A stretch of 63,912 nt of DNA, filler included, from Chiloscyllium plagiosum (lineage: Eukaryota): assembly GCF_004010195.1 (NCBI RefSeq). It is 4 parts of one record of this genome, joined end to end, with 100 filler letters (N's around TTAATTAATTAA, not from the genome) between each part and the next. Parts side by side here need not be neighbours in the genome. Positions count along the whole stretch, not along the records: positions 1 to 23,087 come from NC_057712.1; positions 23,188 to 34,277 come from NC_057712.1; 2 more parts are not named here. One strand, 5' to 3'. Positions within the stretch are counted from its first letter, which is position 1, and each line of letters opens with the position of its first letter. The notes beneath the pieces are model-generated. The model had not been told where the DNA came from and made no database searches. It worked only from the letters and a program-made list of their open reading frames with translations. This document shows positions 12,380-25,692 of this stretch, piece after piece. The translations under genes and the position numbers were made by a program.

Positions 12380-12840
12380 TTTGGCCCGATGCTTCTGTCC
12401 TGGCCCTCTGCAAAAACAACTCAGTTTGTTCCACTACCTCTCCCTTTATCCCATAGTGCTCTGAATTTGTATTCACGTCACGTGCTTGTCACGTTCTCTT
12501 TTGAAAGCCATCATTGAATCTGCTTACTGGAAGCAGTTTCTCTCTATCTGCTTACTGGGAGCAGTTTCTCTCTATCTGCTTACTGGGAGCAGTTTCTCTC
12601 TATCTGCTTTGTCCAGATCCCTCATGACTTTTCAAACTACTAACAAATCTTTCAAACATCTCTCCTCTAAACAAATAATCCTAGCTTCTCCTGTCTTGCC
12701 AGGTAACTAAAGTTCGTCTTCTCTAGAACCATTCGCGTAAAGCTTCTCTACAAGCACTCTAAAGCCTTCACAAAGTCCTCAGTTGCTCTGCCTAGGATTG
12801 GTCACAATACTCCTGTTGAGGCTGAACTCGTGTTTATAAA
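12380..12840 (-). mobile_element. Old CR1 3' fragment
   Basis: Degenerate antisense CR1 3'UTR/ORF2 text (atttggccc..., ccctcatgacttttcaaac, cacaatactcctgttgaggctga). Confidence 0.55.
12518..12609. repeat. 28-bp tandem repeat, ~3.3 copies
   Basis: Unit tctgcttactgggagcagtttctctcta starts at 12519, 12547, 12575 and (partial) 12603. Confidence 0.92.
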
Positions 12841-13849
12841 GTGCTCAAGGTGGCGTAGGATAGTAATACTGTATATTGTTCTTCGGCTGCACTATTCACA
12901 CCTTGCTTGCAGGGCTGCATTCTGCCCTCTGAAAACTTTAAATTGATGAAGGTTTTGTTTGCTTATAAAGTCTGCATCTTGGCTGTGGGAAGTTTGGCAC
13001 TTTCTACAGACAGGAAATAATCTGTGCAATTTAAATTTTCATTGGTGATTTGCATAGCCCATTTAACTACATGGATTTTTAAAATGCCTCACTTTATGTT
13101 TTAGGCATTTAGCAGAGCTTTACGTGCAACTGAAAAAATAACTTGATTCAAACTGAACAATGAAAGAACAAAATATTCACAATTGTTTGAACATCCGTGT
13201 TTTATTCAGCTCAAATTCAACCCACACAGCGTGAGTATTTCAGCAGGCACAATGATTGTTTTGAGCAATGAAAAGTTGTCATTCCTATAGCAGCTACAAT
13301 GTATATCTCAAAGAGTGAGCTGGTGACTGAGGAGGTGCATAAGTAGCAACTCATTATGCAAAGAATAAGTCTGGCTCGCATTATTTAATTTCTTATTTAA
13401 CTAGAATCAGCTGTCTTTTTAAAGTTACTCTTGGAATCTGTTTTGTTTTAATAAAAATACATTTTCATCAAATATAATAGTTTTAAGTTGTGCCATCTAA
13501 TCCATAGTAACAATTTACGAGATTTTATAAATACAAGTCTGTTGCTTATTTGTTTAAAAGGATTGTGAAGCATCCAGCCATCCACTCACTGATGGATCGC
13601 AGCCAATCCAGAGGCCTTTAATGTCCTAATTAAAGTAGCAACAAGCCTAAAGTTTCAAAATAAAACAGCCTTGTGCTGCTAATTACATGACATGGAGTTA
13701 AACAGCCCCAGAGTTAAGGTTAGCTATTTGTACCAGCACTGAAAAGACCCAAATACAGAAATGGTACTGGTTGCAGTGGAGCCTATTTCTGGCATGTGCC
13801 AAGTGGGTAGGATGAACTTGTCAAGGGTATGCTTATTAGCATCAGGAGA

Positions 13850-14235
13850 GTGTATCTCCAAGTTCAAGATGCTCAGCTACAACATCACCCTCAGGAGGAC
13901 CGAGCAATGCCACCACTATCTATGATGTGGAATAGTTGGCAAAGGGTGATTTCAAAACAGAATGCAGTGTGAAGAAAATATAACACCGTGAAAGTTGGTG
14001 CAAGTAGGAGTTTAAGCAGAAAAGAAAAGAGATGTTGTGGTTGTGTATCTCCAAGTTCAAGATGCTCAGCTACAACATCACCCTCAGGAGGACCGAGCAA
14101 TGCCACCACTATCTATGATGTGGAATAGTTGGCAAAGGGTGATTTCAAAACGGAATGCAGTGTGAAGAAAATGTAACACCGTGAAAGTTGGTGCAAGTAG
14201 GAGTTTAAGCAGAGAAGAAAAGAGATGTTGTGGTT
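13850..14235. repeat. 193-bp direct tandem duplication of otherwise unique sequence
   Basis: 13850-14042 and 14043-14235 are identical except for about 3 substitutions. Confidence 0.93.
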
Positions 14236-14639
14236 TGCCTTAAATATTTACATCAGTTAATAAATAAACAGAAAGCAATGGGAACAATTTAAACAATTAA
14301 TTCATAATCCACAGTACCTGGAGGAATAATAGCCACATGGTTAAAATAATACCATGAGACATAGCAACAGAAACAGGCCATTCAACCCACTGAGTCTGCT
14401 TCATCATTCAATGAGTTTGTGGTTAATTCACAATTCCACTTTCTTGTCTTCTCCCCAACCCTTGATTCCTTACTGATTAAGAATCTATCTATCTCAGCAT
14501 TGTAATGACTAAGAAGAGAAGTTAACTATAATAACTTCCTTTATTAACACCCTACTTCGATTTCCTTTTCTGGCTATATTTTTGAATAAACATTTCCCAG
14601 TCGTGATCACCATATCTTTAATAACTATCAAACCCTCAT

Positions 14640-15640
14640 TTACTGTTTAAACTAAACCCTCCTCTCTATTAATTTGTTTACAAGCTAGTTATGTGATTTC
14701 CCGGAAAGTTGGTTCCAGTAGGCCCCACCTGAAGCCATCCCCAATATGATGGCTCTATCATTGGAATCAATTTTTCCGTTGCCAAATTTTGTGCCACACA
14801 TTGATCTCTCAATACTTATTTATTCTATGCCAAACTGTGCATGGCTCAGTTAATAATCCGCATATTGTTACCTTCATGGTTCTGTTCTCTAATGTTGCCC
14901 TGATAAATTAGAGCTACTTGTAATTCCCAAGCAGAATCGTTTTCCCAATCCTACCTCTATCATTGGTACCTACCTGGACTATTACAGATGGATCCATCCC
15001 CTCTCTGCCTCCGAGTTCCTGCTCAGCCCAGATCCTTGACACCAGGTAAGCAACCACAGTCTTTGGAACCTCTGACTTTGCTGCAGAGAACAGTATCTAT
15101 TCCCCCAGCTATGCCATCCCCTATTACAACCACACTTCTCTTTTCTCTCCGTATTTGAATGGTGCTCTGGACTATGGCGATGTGTTCAGTGCACTCAGCC
15201 TTCCTACAGTCTGTGCCCTTGTCTGAAATAGGAGGAAGACCACATACCCTGGACAAGGGCACTGGCTGAGGCTCCTCCAAAATGTAATCCGGGATCCCCA
15301 TACCTGCTTCCCTCACAATCCCATCCTCCTCTTCCTAGTCATGGACCAAATTTGATGTAATTAATCTAGGAGTTGTGACTGCTGCTCGTATCAGTCTCCA
15401 GCTACTTCTGAGAACCATAGAGATGATACAGAACTAGTGGGGAGCCATTTGGCCCATCTTGTCCATGCTGACCGTTCTTAATCTCCCTAAACCTCATCTT
15501 CCCCTTCCTAATGTATTGTAGTGTCTGTAACTTGGGCTCCAGGTCATCAACTCTGAGCCAGAGTTCTTTGAGCAGCCAAAACTTGCTGTAGGTGTGGTCA
15601 CCGTGGATCTCACCAGACAGCTGCAACACATTGTCTGCCC
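14640..15640 (-). mobile_element. Old CR1 ORF1 remnant (Zn finger/leucine zipper plus esterase), with a CR1 tail inserted at ~15410-15500
   Basis: ORFs read HTYSKFWLLKELWLRVDDLEPKLQTL and SVVVIGDGIAGGIDTVLC..CLPG. Confidence 0.7.
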
Positions 15641-16609
15641 GGCCATTTTGCCATTTTTATTCTACTTAATTACTTGAGATGTTAAATATTTTAAAAGGGA
15701 ATTTCCTAACTGTACCCAGAAGCTGGAATAATGGCTCCTAGGTTTAAATCCCTTTGTTAATCATAAGAGAAAAAGCAGGTTGACGGATTCTGTGCCACAG
15801 TTTTATTTTTAATCTCCCACCACTGCTGCACTTCTGACTCAGATCTGCTCTCTCAATCTGGTCATCATGAATTTATTTTGGAAGATTTTATGACCCACAA
15901 CGCCCGTACATCATGAAATGTATTCTTTGCTTTGGAATAATTGTTCTGCATGTTAATATCACACACACGTGAAAAATGACTCCAAGAATAATGAACATAA
16001 TCAAACTCAGTCACTGCTGATCATCTGTCAGCATGGCAAAGGTAGGAATCAAAACAAAAGGTTCAGAAGAATGAAATGCAAAAGCGATCCTCCAGTTCCT
16101 GAGAAGTACATTAACTTTAACAGGTAAACTCTCAGGAAGATGGTTAATCTAAGTGTGCTGGAAGCCCTTGGGATTGCATTGGTCTTCTGCCAGGATCACT
16201 GCAGGGCAATGTCCTATTCTTCCTACCCATTGAGATTTCAGGGCCATTTCATCTTTTTCACTTGCTCTTTCTGTTTTGTTCATGTTATTTATAGTTTTCA
16301 GATTGGGGCAGACATTTGTCTATGCAGGCACAGATTGGCAACTAGTTCACCATATTTCACATGATTCACCCTGTGCTTCACTTTACACTCAGTTTTTGGT
16401 GCTCTTGCCCACAGTTTCCCAATATGAATCTCTCTGATAGATGGGGCTTTTCAGCACCTTTTCTATTATGGACAGTGGAATCAAACTGAGTATCTAAGTG
16501 AAATCAGGTTAGCAATTTAAAATTCAGGAAGGAGACGACTTTTAAACAGCATTGGGAAATATATTCATGAAGGTCAACACACACACGAAAGCCACTTACA
16601 TTGTAGCCA

Positions 16610-17070
16610 TGATGTGGGGGAGCCAGTGTTGGACTGGGGTGGACAAAGTTAAAAATCACACAACACCAGGTTATAGTCCAACAGGTTTATTTGGAAATAC
16701 TAGCTTTCGGGGCGCTGCTTCTTCATCAGGTAGCTGTGGAGCAGGATCATAAAACACAGGATTTGTCGCAATAGTTTACAGTGTCATGCAACTGAAATGA
16801 TGTATTGAACAAACCTAGATTGCTTTAAGTCTTTCACCTTTTAGAATGGGTTGCAGGCTTCGGTTCATTAATATGTAAATCCCAGAACTTCTTTTAAGTC
16901 ACATTCTCGAGATAACTTAATGTTGTATAACATCTCAGTTCAGACAATGCATTAAAGGTGTGAGGTTAAAGTTTGTCTGTATCCAATCTTGAGTCAGACT
17001 GGTTCTATTTCCAAAGTAAGAATTTATAAAATGTTACATGCATTGACTGCCTGCAGATTGTATGCTTTTT
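16610..17070 (-). mobile_element. PLE family B 3' region and pLTR
   Basis: Reverse-complement homologue of 2670-3131, including the hammerhead-like core at ~16700-16729. Confidence 0.85.
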
Positions 17071-17139
17071 GGGACAATCTTTGCTGCAGGGAACTGTATC
17101 TATTCTCCTAACTAATCTATTCCCTCCTTGAACAAGTTT

Positions 17140-17732
17140 GTGTAGAGAATATCTAGACTGGGAGGTCACATTGCAGTTGTACAGTACATTGTTTACACCA
17201 CTTTTGGAATACTGCATTCAATTCTGGCCTCCCTACTAAAGGAAAGATGTTTTAAACTGGAAAGGGTGCAGAAAAGATTTACCAGGACGTTGCTAGGTTT
17301 GGAGGATTTGAGCGATAAGGAGAGGCTGAATAGGCTGAGGCTGTTTTCCTTGGATCATCAGAGGCGGAGGGGTGAGCTTATAGAAGTTTATAAAGCCATG
17401 AGGGGCATGGATAGAATGAATAGTCAAGGTCTTTTCCTGGGGGAGTCCAGAACTAGAGATTTAAGGTGAGAGGGGAAATATTTAAAAGGGACCTAAGGGG
17501 CAACTTTTTCATGCAGAATGTGGTGCATGTATGGAATGAGCTACCAGAGGAAGTGGTGGAGGCTTGTACAATTGCAACATTTAAAAAGCATCTGCATGGG
17601 TAGATGAATAGGAAAGGTTTCACGGGATATGGACCCCAAATGTTGGAAAATGGGACTAGATTAATTTAGGATATCTGGTCAGCATGGACGAATCGAATCA
17701 AAGGGTCTGTTTCCACGCTGTATGACTTTATA
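17140..17732 (+). mobile_element. CR1/HER1 3' fragment
   Basis: ORF reads QKRFTRTLLGLEDLSDKERLNRLRLFSL; the tail is gtatgactttata. Confidence 0.88.
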
Positions 17733-18989
17733 ACAGACCTGGCAGGCTACTATATATGTGGTTAGTAACCTCTGTTCCATTAATGTTGCCTAACACTTCT
17801 AGCAATTTAAGTTTTTGAGCATACATGTGAGGGATGAGCTGATGTGATCTGATGAAAGGTCACAACCTTTGAAGTTAACTCTCCTTCTCTTGTGTTAACG
17901 AAATGTGCGTTAAAGCAGAACGCCTTTGTGCCTGGCCGTCATGGACCAGAGGGTCTGTTTCTGTGTTGTATGACTCTATTACTCTATTCATCCCTGGGTA
18001 TATGACATCTTTGGTCAGCTCCCACAATGTCAGCTTTCTAAAGGTTAACATCTATTCACATCTGTTTCCAAGACCTGCAGCTACTGACAGTCATGTAGCA
18101 GACCTGTCCTTGGAGAGAATTCCATCTCACATGCGGATCTTCCACATGACCGTCTATTATAAAGGGGATTAGGGTGCTGTGCTCCCTTTAGAGTTGCGTA
18201 CAACCTCTGTTTTTCTATCTTTTCCACCTATGGCCAAATATTTTTTTTCTGTAGCAAGACCATGTGTTGTGTTAATTTTTGCCTGCCGGAATCTCTTGGC
18301 TGCCTGAAAATCCTTCACTGAACTTTAACATTTAACTTTTAAAGGAACAAGCTAATTTGATATGCTTGGTTGTGATAAAGAATATTGAGATCGCTATAAA
18401 CAAATGGAAAGACCAGGCAAACATTCTTTCAAAGGCAACAGATTAATAAAAATATGTTTGAAAATCTCCCGACCATTTGTTTACCCACAATTTAAGGACA
18501 TTTATGTAATATACAGTATTCTGTTATTTGCCAAATATGTTGTTATGACAAAATTAATGTTCTGGTCTTTCCTTCCAAGAGAAAAAAAACACAAATATTT
18601 ATGAAGACATTGCTGCTGAGTTGTTCAGTTATTGTTTATTACCAGAAATCAAAACCACAGCTAAATAAATTGAAACTGAATGATGTGTGGAGCATTACCT
18701 CCTATTGGCAAGTAAGCAAATGTAGGGCTGACTCTATTGGTTGGTTACCAAGTATGGAGGCAAGAGGCTGAAATCAGTTGGGAGTTAAAATGAGTTTTAG
18801 AACTTTGCCAATAGAGTCCCACTCTACAAATGACTGACTTGCCTATCAGTTTGTAAAAGAGTTTAAGCTCATTGCAATTTCCAATATTCAGCCAGGAACC
18901 ATTAATACTGTGTTGCCTGTTTGTTTATTCATTGTATTCAGTTAAATAATTGGTACTTCTACAATTGTTGACATAACATGTGTTTGTCT

Positions 18990-19348
18990 TTTTATTATTC
19001 TTGCACAAGACTTCAGTATCGCTGGCCAGACTAGTGTTTATTACCCACCTCTAATTGCCCAGAGGGCAGTTACGTGTCAGCCACATTGTTATATGATCCG
19101 GAGTCACATGCAGGCCAGACCAGGTAAGGACTGCAGTTTCCATTCCTAAAAGGCATGAGCCAACCAAATGAGCTTTTCCTGACAATCGACATTGTCGATT
19201 CATAGTCATTATACAACTTTAAATGTTTTCTTTTGTGAATTCAAATTCCATAATCTGTAATGGCGGGATTTGAACTCAGGTCCTCAGAACATTACCTGGC
19301 TTTCCGAATTAACAGTCCAATGATAATATCAATAGACCATTACCGCCC
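18990..19348 (-). mobile_element. tRNA-derived SINE (second family)
   Basis: B box gttcaaatccc on the minus strand (~19264-19274); homologous to 20762-21113 and 31810-32140. Confidence 0.75.
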
Positions 19349-20269
19349 CTTCTGATAATTGTGTAATAACATTTGGGTGATCTGTAACCTGTTGATTGAG
19401 CTTTTATTTTTAATTGGGTGTGGTCCTCTATAAAATATCCTCTTCATAGTTACTCATAAATACTTGACCATCACAGTTCCCTCATCTGTTTCAGACTATT
19501 CCCTCATAAGTTCGCTGATGCTGTCATTTTTTTTTTAACTCTTTTGTTATACTTTCTTCCACACCAAGATTATGCAAGCAATATCTTTTACCTTGTTTGG
19601 AAACTCAATAGACATTGGATCTGTTTGTAACTAGGATAAATATTGGAATAAATGTTTTTGGCATTTGAACAAGGTTGCCTGATATTTTTTTTGCCTTTCA
19701 TCATGAAGTTCTGACCACTTCTGAGTAAGTATTTCTGGGATTATATTGTGAGTACAGGTACATGGTTTTGTAATTCAGTGAGCATTGTTAATCTTGAAAC
19801 CTGTTTCTCAATTCTTTCAGCTATCTTTCTTATTGTGCCCTGTTTGAACTGCAGTAATATTTCAAGGTGGATAGAAGTCATCTGTAATGCAGCACATTAA
19901 CTAATGTCAAATGATAAACTCATTTTTCTACAAATTTGATTGATGAGTTGGTGCGATGCTGCTGGGTTTGTATTTGCCTGATTACTAACACATATCTTTT
20001 CTCTGATGTCTCAAGTCTGGAAAGTAATTATCTTCCTCCATTTTGTCTACAAAATTTGCTTAACAGAGTACCACCTAATACACACTAGAGAAATTGTGGC
20101 ATTGAGTTTATGAATATTCTATTTCATTAAGTTATTTTTCAACTCCAAACAGTGAAGAACCTAAGAGGCAGCCAAAATGTTAATGAGCAAAGCCTCTAAT
20201 TCACCATTCATGTGTTTTTGTAATTGATGAGCACATGTTAGGGCTAAGTTTCCTTTATTTGATATCTAA

Positions 20270-20360
20270 TAAAAACATAAAATTTTGGAAATACATAGCA
20301 TCTGTCAAGAGAAAAACAGTGTTAACATTTCAAGTCTGTGACCCTTTCATGAGAACTGGG
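20270..20360 (-). mobile_element. PLE family C pLTR remnant with a hammerhead-like core
   Basis: The minus strand reads gtt-CTCATGA-aagggtcacagactt-GAAATGTT-aac; similar to 30305-30405 and 32167-32260. Confidence 0.6.
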
Positions 20361-20761
20361 GAAAATTGGAAATGTCCAGAAGATGTGAGACCTGCAGGAT
20401 CCTAAATAGCTCTTGTCCCAAAAAAAGCAAACAAGAGAGAAAAACAAAACCAGAAAATGGAAACCAGAAAGGAAATTGGAACAAATGGGTGAAGAGGCTG
20501 TAAAATCCTATCCTATATTTTACAAATTTTGGATACAGTGGTTTAGCAGTTCGATGCCCACCATAACAAATATCCAATAAAATCTAGAAAGGAAAATATT
20601 CTATGAATTTGATGTCCATTCCCCATAAATGACTAAAAGAAAGCATACACTAATGACTTTTAGGAGTTGGTGCTAATGATGACAACTTTGGGCTTCACAA
20701 TGGATCAAATTGCAGTTCATCTAAGACTATATGCTGGACAAGAATCTGACACTTAGCGGAA

Positions 20762-21113
20762 GTAATGGCTTAATAGTATTAGTGCTAGACCACGAATCCA
20801 GAGACCCAGGTAACATTCTGAGGACCTGGGTGTTAATGCCTCTGTGACTGATTACAGTGATCAGAATTGGAATTCACGAAAAACCTCTGGAATTAAGTGT
20901 TTCATGATGACCATGAAATCATTGTTGTTGGAAAACCTGTCTGGTTTACTAATGTCCTTTTGGGAAGGAAACAGTTGTTCTTACCTAGTCTGGTCTCCAT
21001 GTGACTCCAGATCCATAGCAATGTGGTTGACTCTTAACTGCCCTCTTGACAATTAGGGATGGACAATAAGTGCAGTCCTAGCCAGTGACACCACTGTTCC
21101 ATGAATGAATAAA
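20762..21113 (+). mobile_element. tRNA-derived SINE (second family)
   Basis: Core ctggtttactaatgtccttttgggaagga..gtgactccagatcc..gttgactcttaactgccctc and tail caattagggatggacaataa..gaatgaataaaa. Confidence 0.78.
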
Positions 21114-21264
21114 AGAGAGGGATGACCTCTTTTCTCTGTATGAACTTATTTCTGTCTGAGTTCTTCAATTCAAATCTCTACCCTAGCAATCATCTCCCCA
21201 GCTAGCTTGCTGTTCAATTATATAATTTTGCATGTTCATTGTTAAATCCCTGTTCCAAGTGACC

Positions 21265-21475
21265 ATATGGAATGAGCTGCCAGAGGAAGTGGTGGAGGTT
21301 GGTATGATTGCAACATTTGAAAGTCATGTGGATGGGGATATGAATAGGAGGGATTTAGACTGTTAGGGGCCAAATGCTAGCAAATGGGATTAAATGTATA
21401 TAGGATATGAGGTCGGTGTGGGCAAGTTGGACCGAAAGGTCCGTTTCTATGCAATATATCTTTATGACTCTATAA
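21265..21475 (+). mobile_element. CR1/HER1 3' end
   Basis: Starts tggaatgagctgccagaggaagtggtggagg; the tail is tatgactctat. Confidence 0.85.
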
Positions 21476-21564
21476 TTCTCTAGACCTTTCCAGTATTGAG
21501 TGTATTTTCCCTGAAAATGTGGGTAATAACTGCATTTTAAAGTGGAAGTGTGGGGCAGTTTTGT

Positions 21565-21900
21565 TTTAAGGTCATTCGGGAGATGTTGGCATTGCTGGCA
21601 AGTACAACATTTATTTCCTCTCCCTGATTTCACTGGGGAAGGTATTGGTGAGATGCTTCATTGAACCTACATAGTCCTTGGACTGTAGGAACATCCACAA
21701 TGCCATCAGGGAAGGAGTTGCAGTGTTCTGACCTCGTGACAGTTATATAGTTCCTCATCAGGACAGTGTGCAGCTTAGGAGGGGAACTAGGTACTGAGTT
21801 TATCTGCTGTCTTTGCCTTTCTTGATCATAGAAGCCAGAAGGTTCTTCCCAAGGGGCTGTAGGAGTTGATGTAAGACATCTTCAAGATAGACAGAGTCAT
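21565..21900 (-). mobile_element. Old L2/CR1-group LINE 3' fragment
   Basis: Reverse-complement similarity to 8150-8470. Confidence 0.5.
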
Positions 21901-21907
21901 CTTGACG

Positions 21908-22832
21908 TAGAATCAAACAGCATGGAAACAGGCCCTTTGGTCTAACATGTTCATGCCAACAAGGCATCCCAATCTGACCTAATCCCATTTGCCAGCATTT
22001 GACCCATAACATTTTAAACGCTTCCTGTTCTTATACCAATCCAGATTCATTTTAAATGGTGCAATTGTACCAGCTTCCACCACTTCCTCTGGCAGCTCAT
22101 TCATATGTGCACCAATCTGTGTGAAAACGTTACCCCTCAGGACCTTTTCAAATCTTTCCCCTTTCACCGTAAGCCTACAACCCCTACGCCGAGAAGAAGA
22201 CCTATTTACCCTATCCATACCCTTCATGGTTTTATAAACTTCTATAAGGTCACCCCTCAGCCTCTCATGCTCCAGGGATAAAGCCCCTGCCTATTCAGCC
22301 TCTCCCTATAACTCAATCACTCCAACCCTGGCAACGTCCTTGTAAAACTTTTCTGCACCCTCTCAAGTTTGACAACATCCTTCCTCTAGAAGGGCGACCA
22401 GTATTGTACACAGCGTTCTACAAGTGGCTTCATCAATGTCCTGTGGAGCTACAACATAGCCATCCAACTCCTATACTCCATGTTCTGACCAATAAAGGCA
22501 AACATATCAAATGCCTTCTTCACCACCCTATCTACCTGCGACTTCACTTTTAAGGAACTGTACACCTGCACCCTCGGGTCTCTTTGTTCGGTAACACTCC
22601 CCAGGACCCTGTCACTAAGTGTATAAGTCCTGCCCTGGTTTGCCAGGCAATGCCTCACATCTATTTAAATTAAACTCTATCTGCCAGTGCTCAGCAGATT
22701 GGCCCATCTGATCGGTGTCGCGTTGTACTCTGAGTTAACCTTCTTCACTGTCCACCACACCCCCAGTTTAGTGTCATCTGCAAGCTTACTAACCATACCT
22801 CCGATATTCAGATAATTTATATGCATCACAAA
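21908..22832 (-). mobile_element. CR1/HER1 3' fragment
   Basis: ORFs read VSKLADDTKLG, QVDRVVKKAFDMFAFIGQ and NELPEEVVEAGT. Confidence 0.9.
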
Positions 22833-22834
22833 AA

Positions 22835-23087
22835 TGAGAAAGTGAGGACTGCAGATGCTGGAGATTAGAGCTGAAAAATGTGTTGCTGGAAAAGCGCAGC
22901 AGGTCAGACAGCATCCGAGGAGCAGGAGAATCGACGTTTCGGGCATGAGCCCTTCTTCAGGAATGAGGAAGGTGTGCCAAGCAGGCTAAGATAAAAGGTA
23001 GGGAGGAGGGACTTGGGGGAGGGGCGTTGGGAATTCGATAGGTGGTAGGAGGTTAAGGTAAGGGTGATAGGCCGGAGAGGGGGTGAG
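22835..23087 (-). mobile_element. PLE family A' pLTR, running into a scaffold gap
   Basis: Intact hammerhead-like core CTGAAGA-A-GGGC-TCAT-GCCC-GAAACGTC on the minus strand at 22933-22960. Confidence 0.85.
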
Positions 23088-23187
23088 NNNNNNNNNNNNN
23101 NNNNNNNNNNNNNNNNNNNNNNNNNNNNNNNTTAATTAATTAANNNNNNNNNNNNNNNNNNNNNNNNNNNNNNNNNNNNNNNNNNNN
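23088..23187. other. Artificial scaffold spacer N44-TTAATTAATTAA-N44
   Basis: Exactly 100 bp with a six-frame stop linker at 23132-23143; the same structure occurs at 34278 and 57752. Confidence 0.97.
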
Positions 23188-23892
23188 TTGTAAGAGTAAT
23201 AAAAAGATGGGGTACTGGGCTAACGGTCGGTTACTTGGTAGTGTGGATGAGCAGAGGGATCTTGGTGTCCATGTACACAGATCTTTGAAAGTTGCCACCC
23301 AGGTAAATAGTGCGGTGAAGAAGGCATATGGCGTACTGGCTTTTATTGGTAGAGGAATTGAGTTCCGGAGTCCTGAGGTCATGTTGCAGTTGTATAAGAC
23401 TCTGGTGCGGCCGCATCTGGAGTATTGTGTGCAGATTTGGTCACCATACTATAGGAAGGATGTGGAGGCACTGGAACGGGTGCAGAGGCGGTTTACCAGG
23501 ATGTTGCCTGGTATGGTAGAAAGATCGTATGAGGAAAGGCTGAGACACTTGGAGTTGTTTTCATTGGAGAAAAGAAGGTTTAGGGGTGACTTGATAGAGG
23601 TATACAAGATGATTAGGGGTTTAGATAGGGTCGACAGTGAGAATCTTTTGCCACATATGGAGACAGATGTTAGGGGTAGGTTCTTTACTCAGCGAGTCGT
23701 GAGTTCGTGGAATGCCCTGCCAGTAGCAGTGGTGGACTCTCCCTCATTATGGGCATTTAAGCGGGCATTGGATAGGCATATGGAGGATAGTGGGCTAGTG
23801 TAGGTTAGGTGGGCTTGGATCGGCGCAACATCGAGGGCTGAAGGGCCTGTACTGCGCTGTATTCTTCTATGTTCTATGTTCTATGTTCTATG
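23188..23892 (+). mobile_element. Young CR1/HER1 3' fragment with an internal deletion at ~23660 and a (TTCTATG)n tail
   Basis: A 198-aa uninterrupted ORF, 23207..23803 (LVRPHLEYCVQIWSPYYRKDV...). Confidence 0.93.
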
Positions 23893-25692
23893 AACCCCAC
23901 ACCATCTGATTCTACCACCTTCCCAAGATCCACAAGCCTGCCCACCCTGGCCAACCCATTGCCTCAGCATGCTCCTGCCCCACTGAACTCATCTCTACCT
24001 ACCCTGATACTGTCCTATTCCCCCTAGTCTAGGAGCACCCCACATATGTTTGACACACCATACGCCCTCCACCACCTCCAAGACTTCTGTTTCCTGACCT
24101 CCAAAGCCTCATCTTCACCATGGATATCCAATCCCTCTACACCTCCATCTGCCATGACCAGGGCCTCCAATTCCTCTGTTTCTTCCTCTCCCGACTACCC
24201 CAACAGTACCCTTCCACTGACACACTCATTCTTTTGGCTGAACTGGTCCTCACCCTTAACAATTTCTCCTTCCAATCCTCCCACTTCCTCCAGACCAAAG
24301 GGGTAGCCATGGGCACCCCTTTCTGACACCTCCCTCCCCTTCCTGGAACTCTCCATCTCCATTAATGACGACTGACTTGACACTGACAATTTTTACAAAC
24401 CCACCAACTCCCACAACTACCTGGATTACACCTCTTCTCACCCTACCTCCTGCAAAAATGCCATCCCGTTTTCCCAATTCCTCCACTCTGCCGTATCTTC
24501 TCCCAGGAGGACCAGTTCCACCACAGAACACACCAGATGCCCTCCTTCTTTAGAAACCACAATTTCCCTTCCCACGTGGTTAAAGATGTGCTCCAACACA
24601 CATCATCCTGCACCTCCGCCCTCAGACCCCACCCCTCCAACTGCAACAAGGACAGAACTACGCTGGTCCTCACCTTCCACCCTACAAACCTTCACATAAA
24701 CCGCATTATCCGCCGACATTTCCGTCACCTCCAAACAGACCCCACCACCAGAGATATATTTCCCTCCCCAACCCTTTCCACAAAGTCCATTCTGTCCGTG
24801 GCTCCCTGGTCAGGTCCACGTCCCCCAACAGCCCACCCTCCCTTCCTGGCACCTTCCCCTGCCACCGCAGGAATTGCAAAACCTGCGCCCACACCTCCTC
24901 CCTCACCTCCATCCAAGGCCACAAAGGAGCCTTCCACATCCATTAAAGTTTCATCTGCACATCCGCCAATGTCATTTATTGTATTCGTTGCTCCCGTTGC
25001 GGTATCCTCTACACTGGGGAGACTGGACGCCCTCCTCGCAGAGCACTTTAGGGAACATCTCTGGGACACCCGCACCAATCAACCACACCGCCCTGTGGCT
25101 CAACATTTCAATTCCCCCTCCCACTCTGCCGAGGACATGCCAGTCCTGGGCCTCCTCCATCGCCATTCCCTCACCACCCGACACCTGGAGGAATAGCACC
25201 TCATCTTCTGCCTCGGAACACTTCAACCCCAGGGCATCAATGTGGACTTCACCAGTTTCCTCATTTCCCTTTCCCCCACCTCACCCCAGTTCCAAACTTC
25301 CAGCTCAGCACCGTCCTCATGACCTGTCCTACCTGCCAATCTCCCCTCCCACTTATCCACTCCACCCTCCTCTCTGACCTATCACCTTCATCCCCACCCC
25401 CATCCACCCATTGTACTCTTTGCTACCTTCCCCCACCCTCCTCTCTGACCTATCACTTTCATCCCCACCCCCATTCACCTATTGTACTATTTGCTACCTT
25501 CTTTCCACCCCTAGCCTCCTCCCATTTATCTCTCCACTCTGAAGGCTTCCTGCCTCTATTCCTGATGAAGGGCTTTTGTCTGAAACATCGATTTTCCTGC
25601 TCCTCCGATGCTGCCTGACCTGCGGAGCTTTTCCAGCATCACTCTAATCTAGACTCTGATTTCCAGCATCTGCAGTCCTTGCTTTTCCCTCA
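23893..25692 (+). mobile_element. PLE family A, 5'-truncated, with the RT catalytic YIDD segment deleted; GIY-YIG and 3' pLTR present
   Basis: Motifs LPKIHKP and MDIQSLYTSI; GVAMGT is joined directly to SDTSLPFL at ~24320; then VIYCIRCSRCGILYTGETG. Contains a ~70-bp local duplication at 25364-25500 and a pLTR core at 25562. Confidence 0.9.

Noticed and set aside
13105..13230. Exon-like segment (ttttag| ... |gtgagt)
   Set aside because: Stop codons occur in all three frames and there is no recognisable protein; at most a non-coding exon, which the sequence alone does not support.
22835..25692. Possible single PLE with an inverted 5' pLTR (22835-23087) and body (23893-25692)
   Set aside because: The pLTR variants differ (A' versus A), there is no shared TSD, and a synthetic scaffold spacer lies between them.
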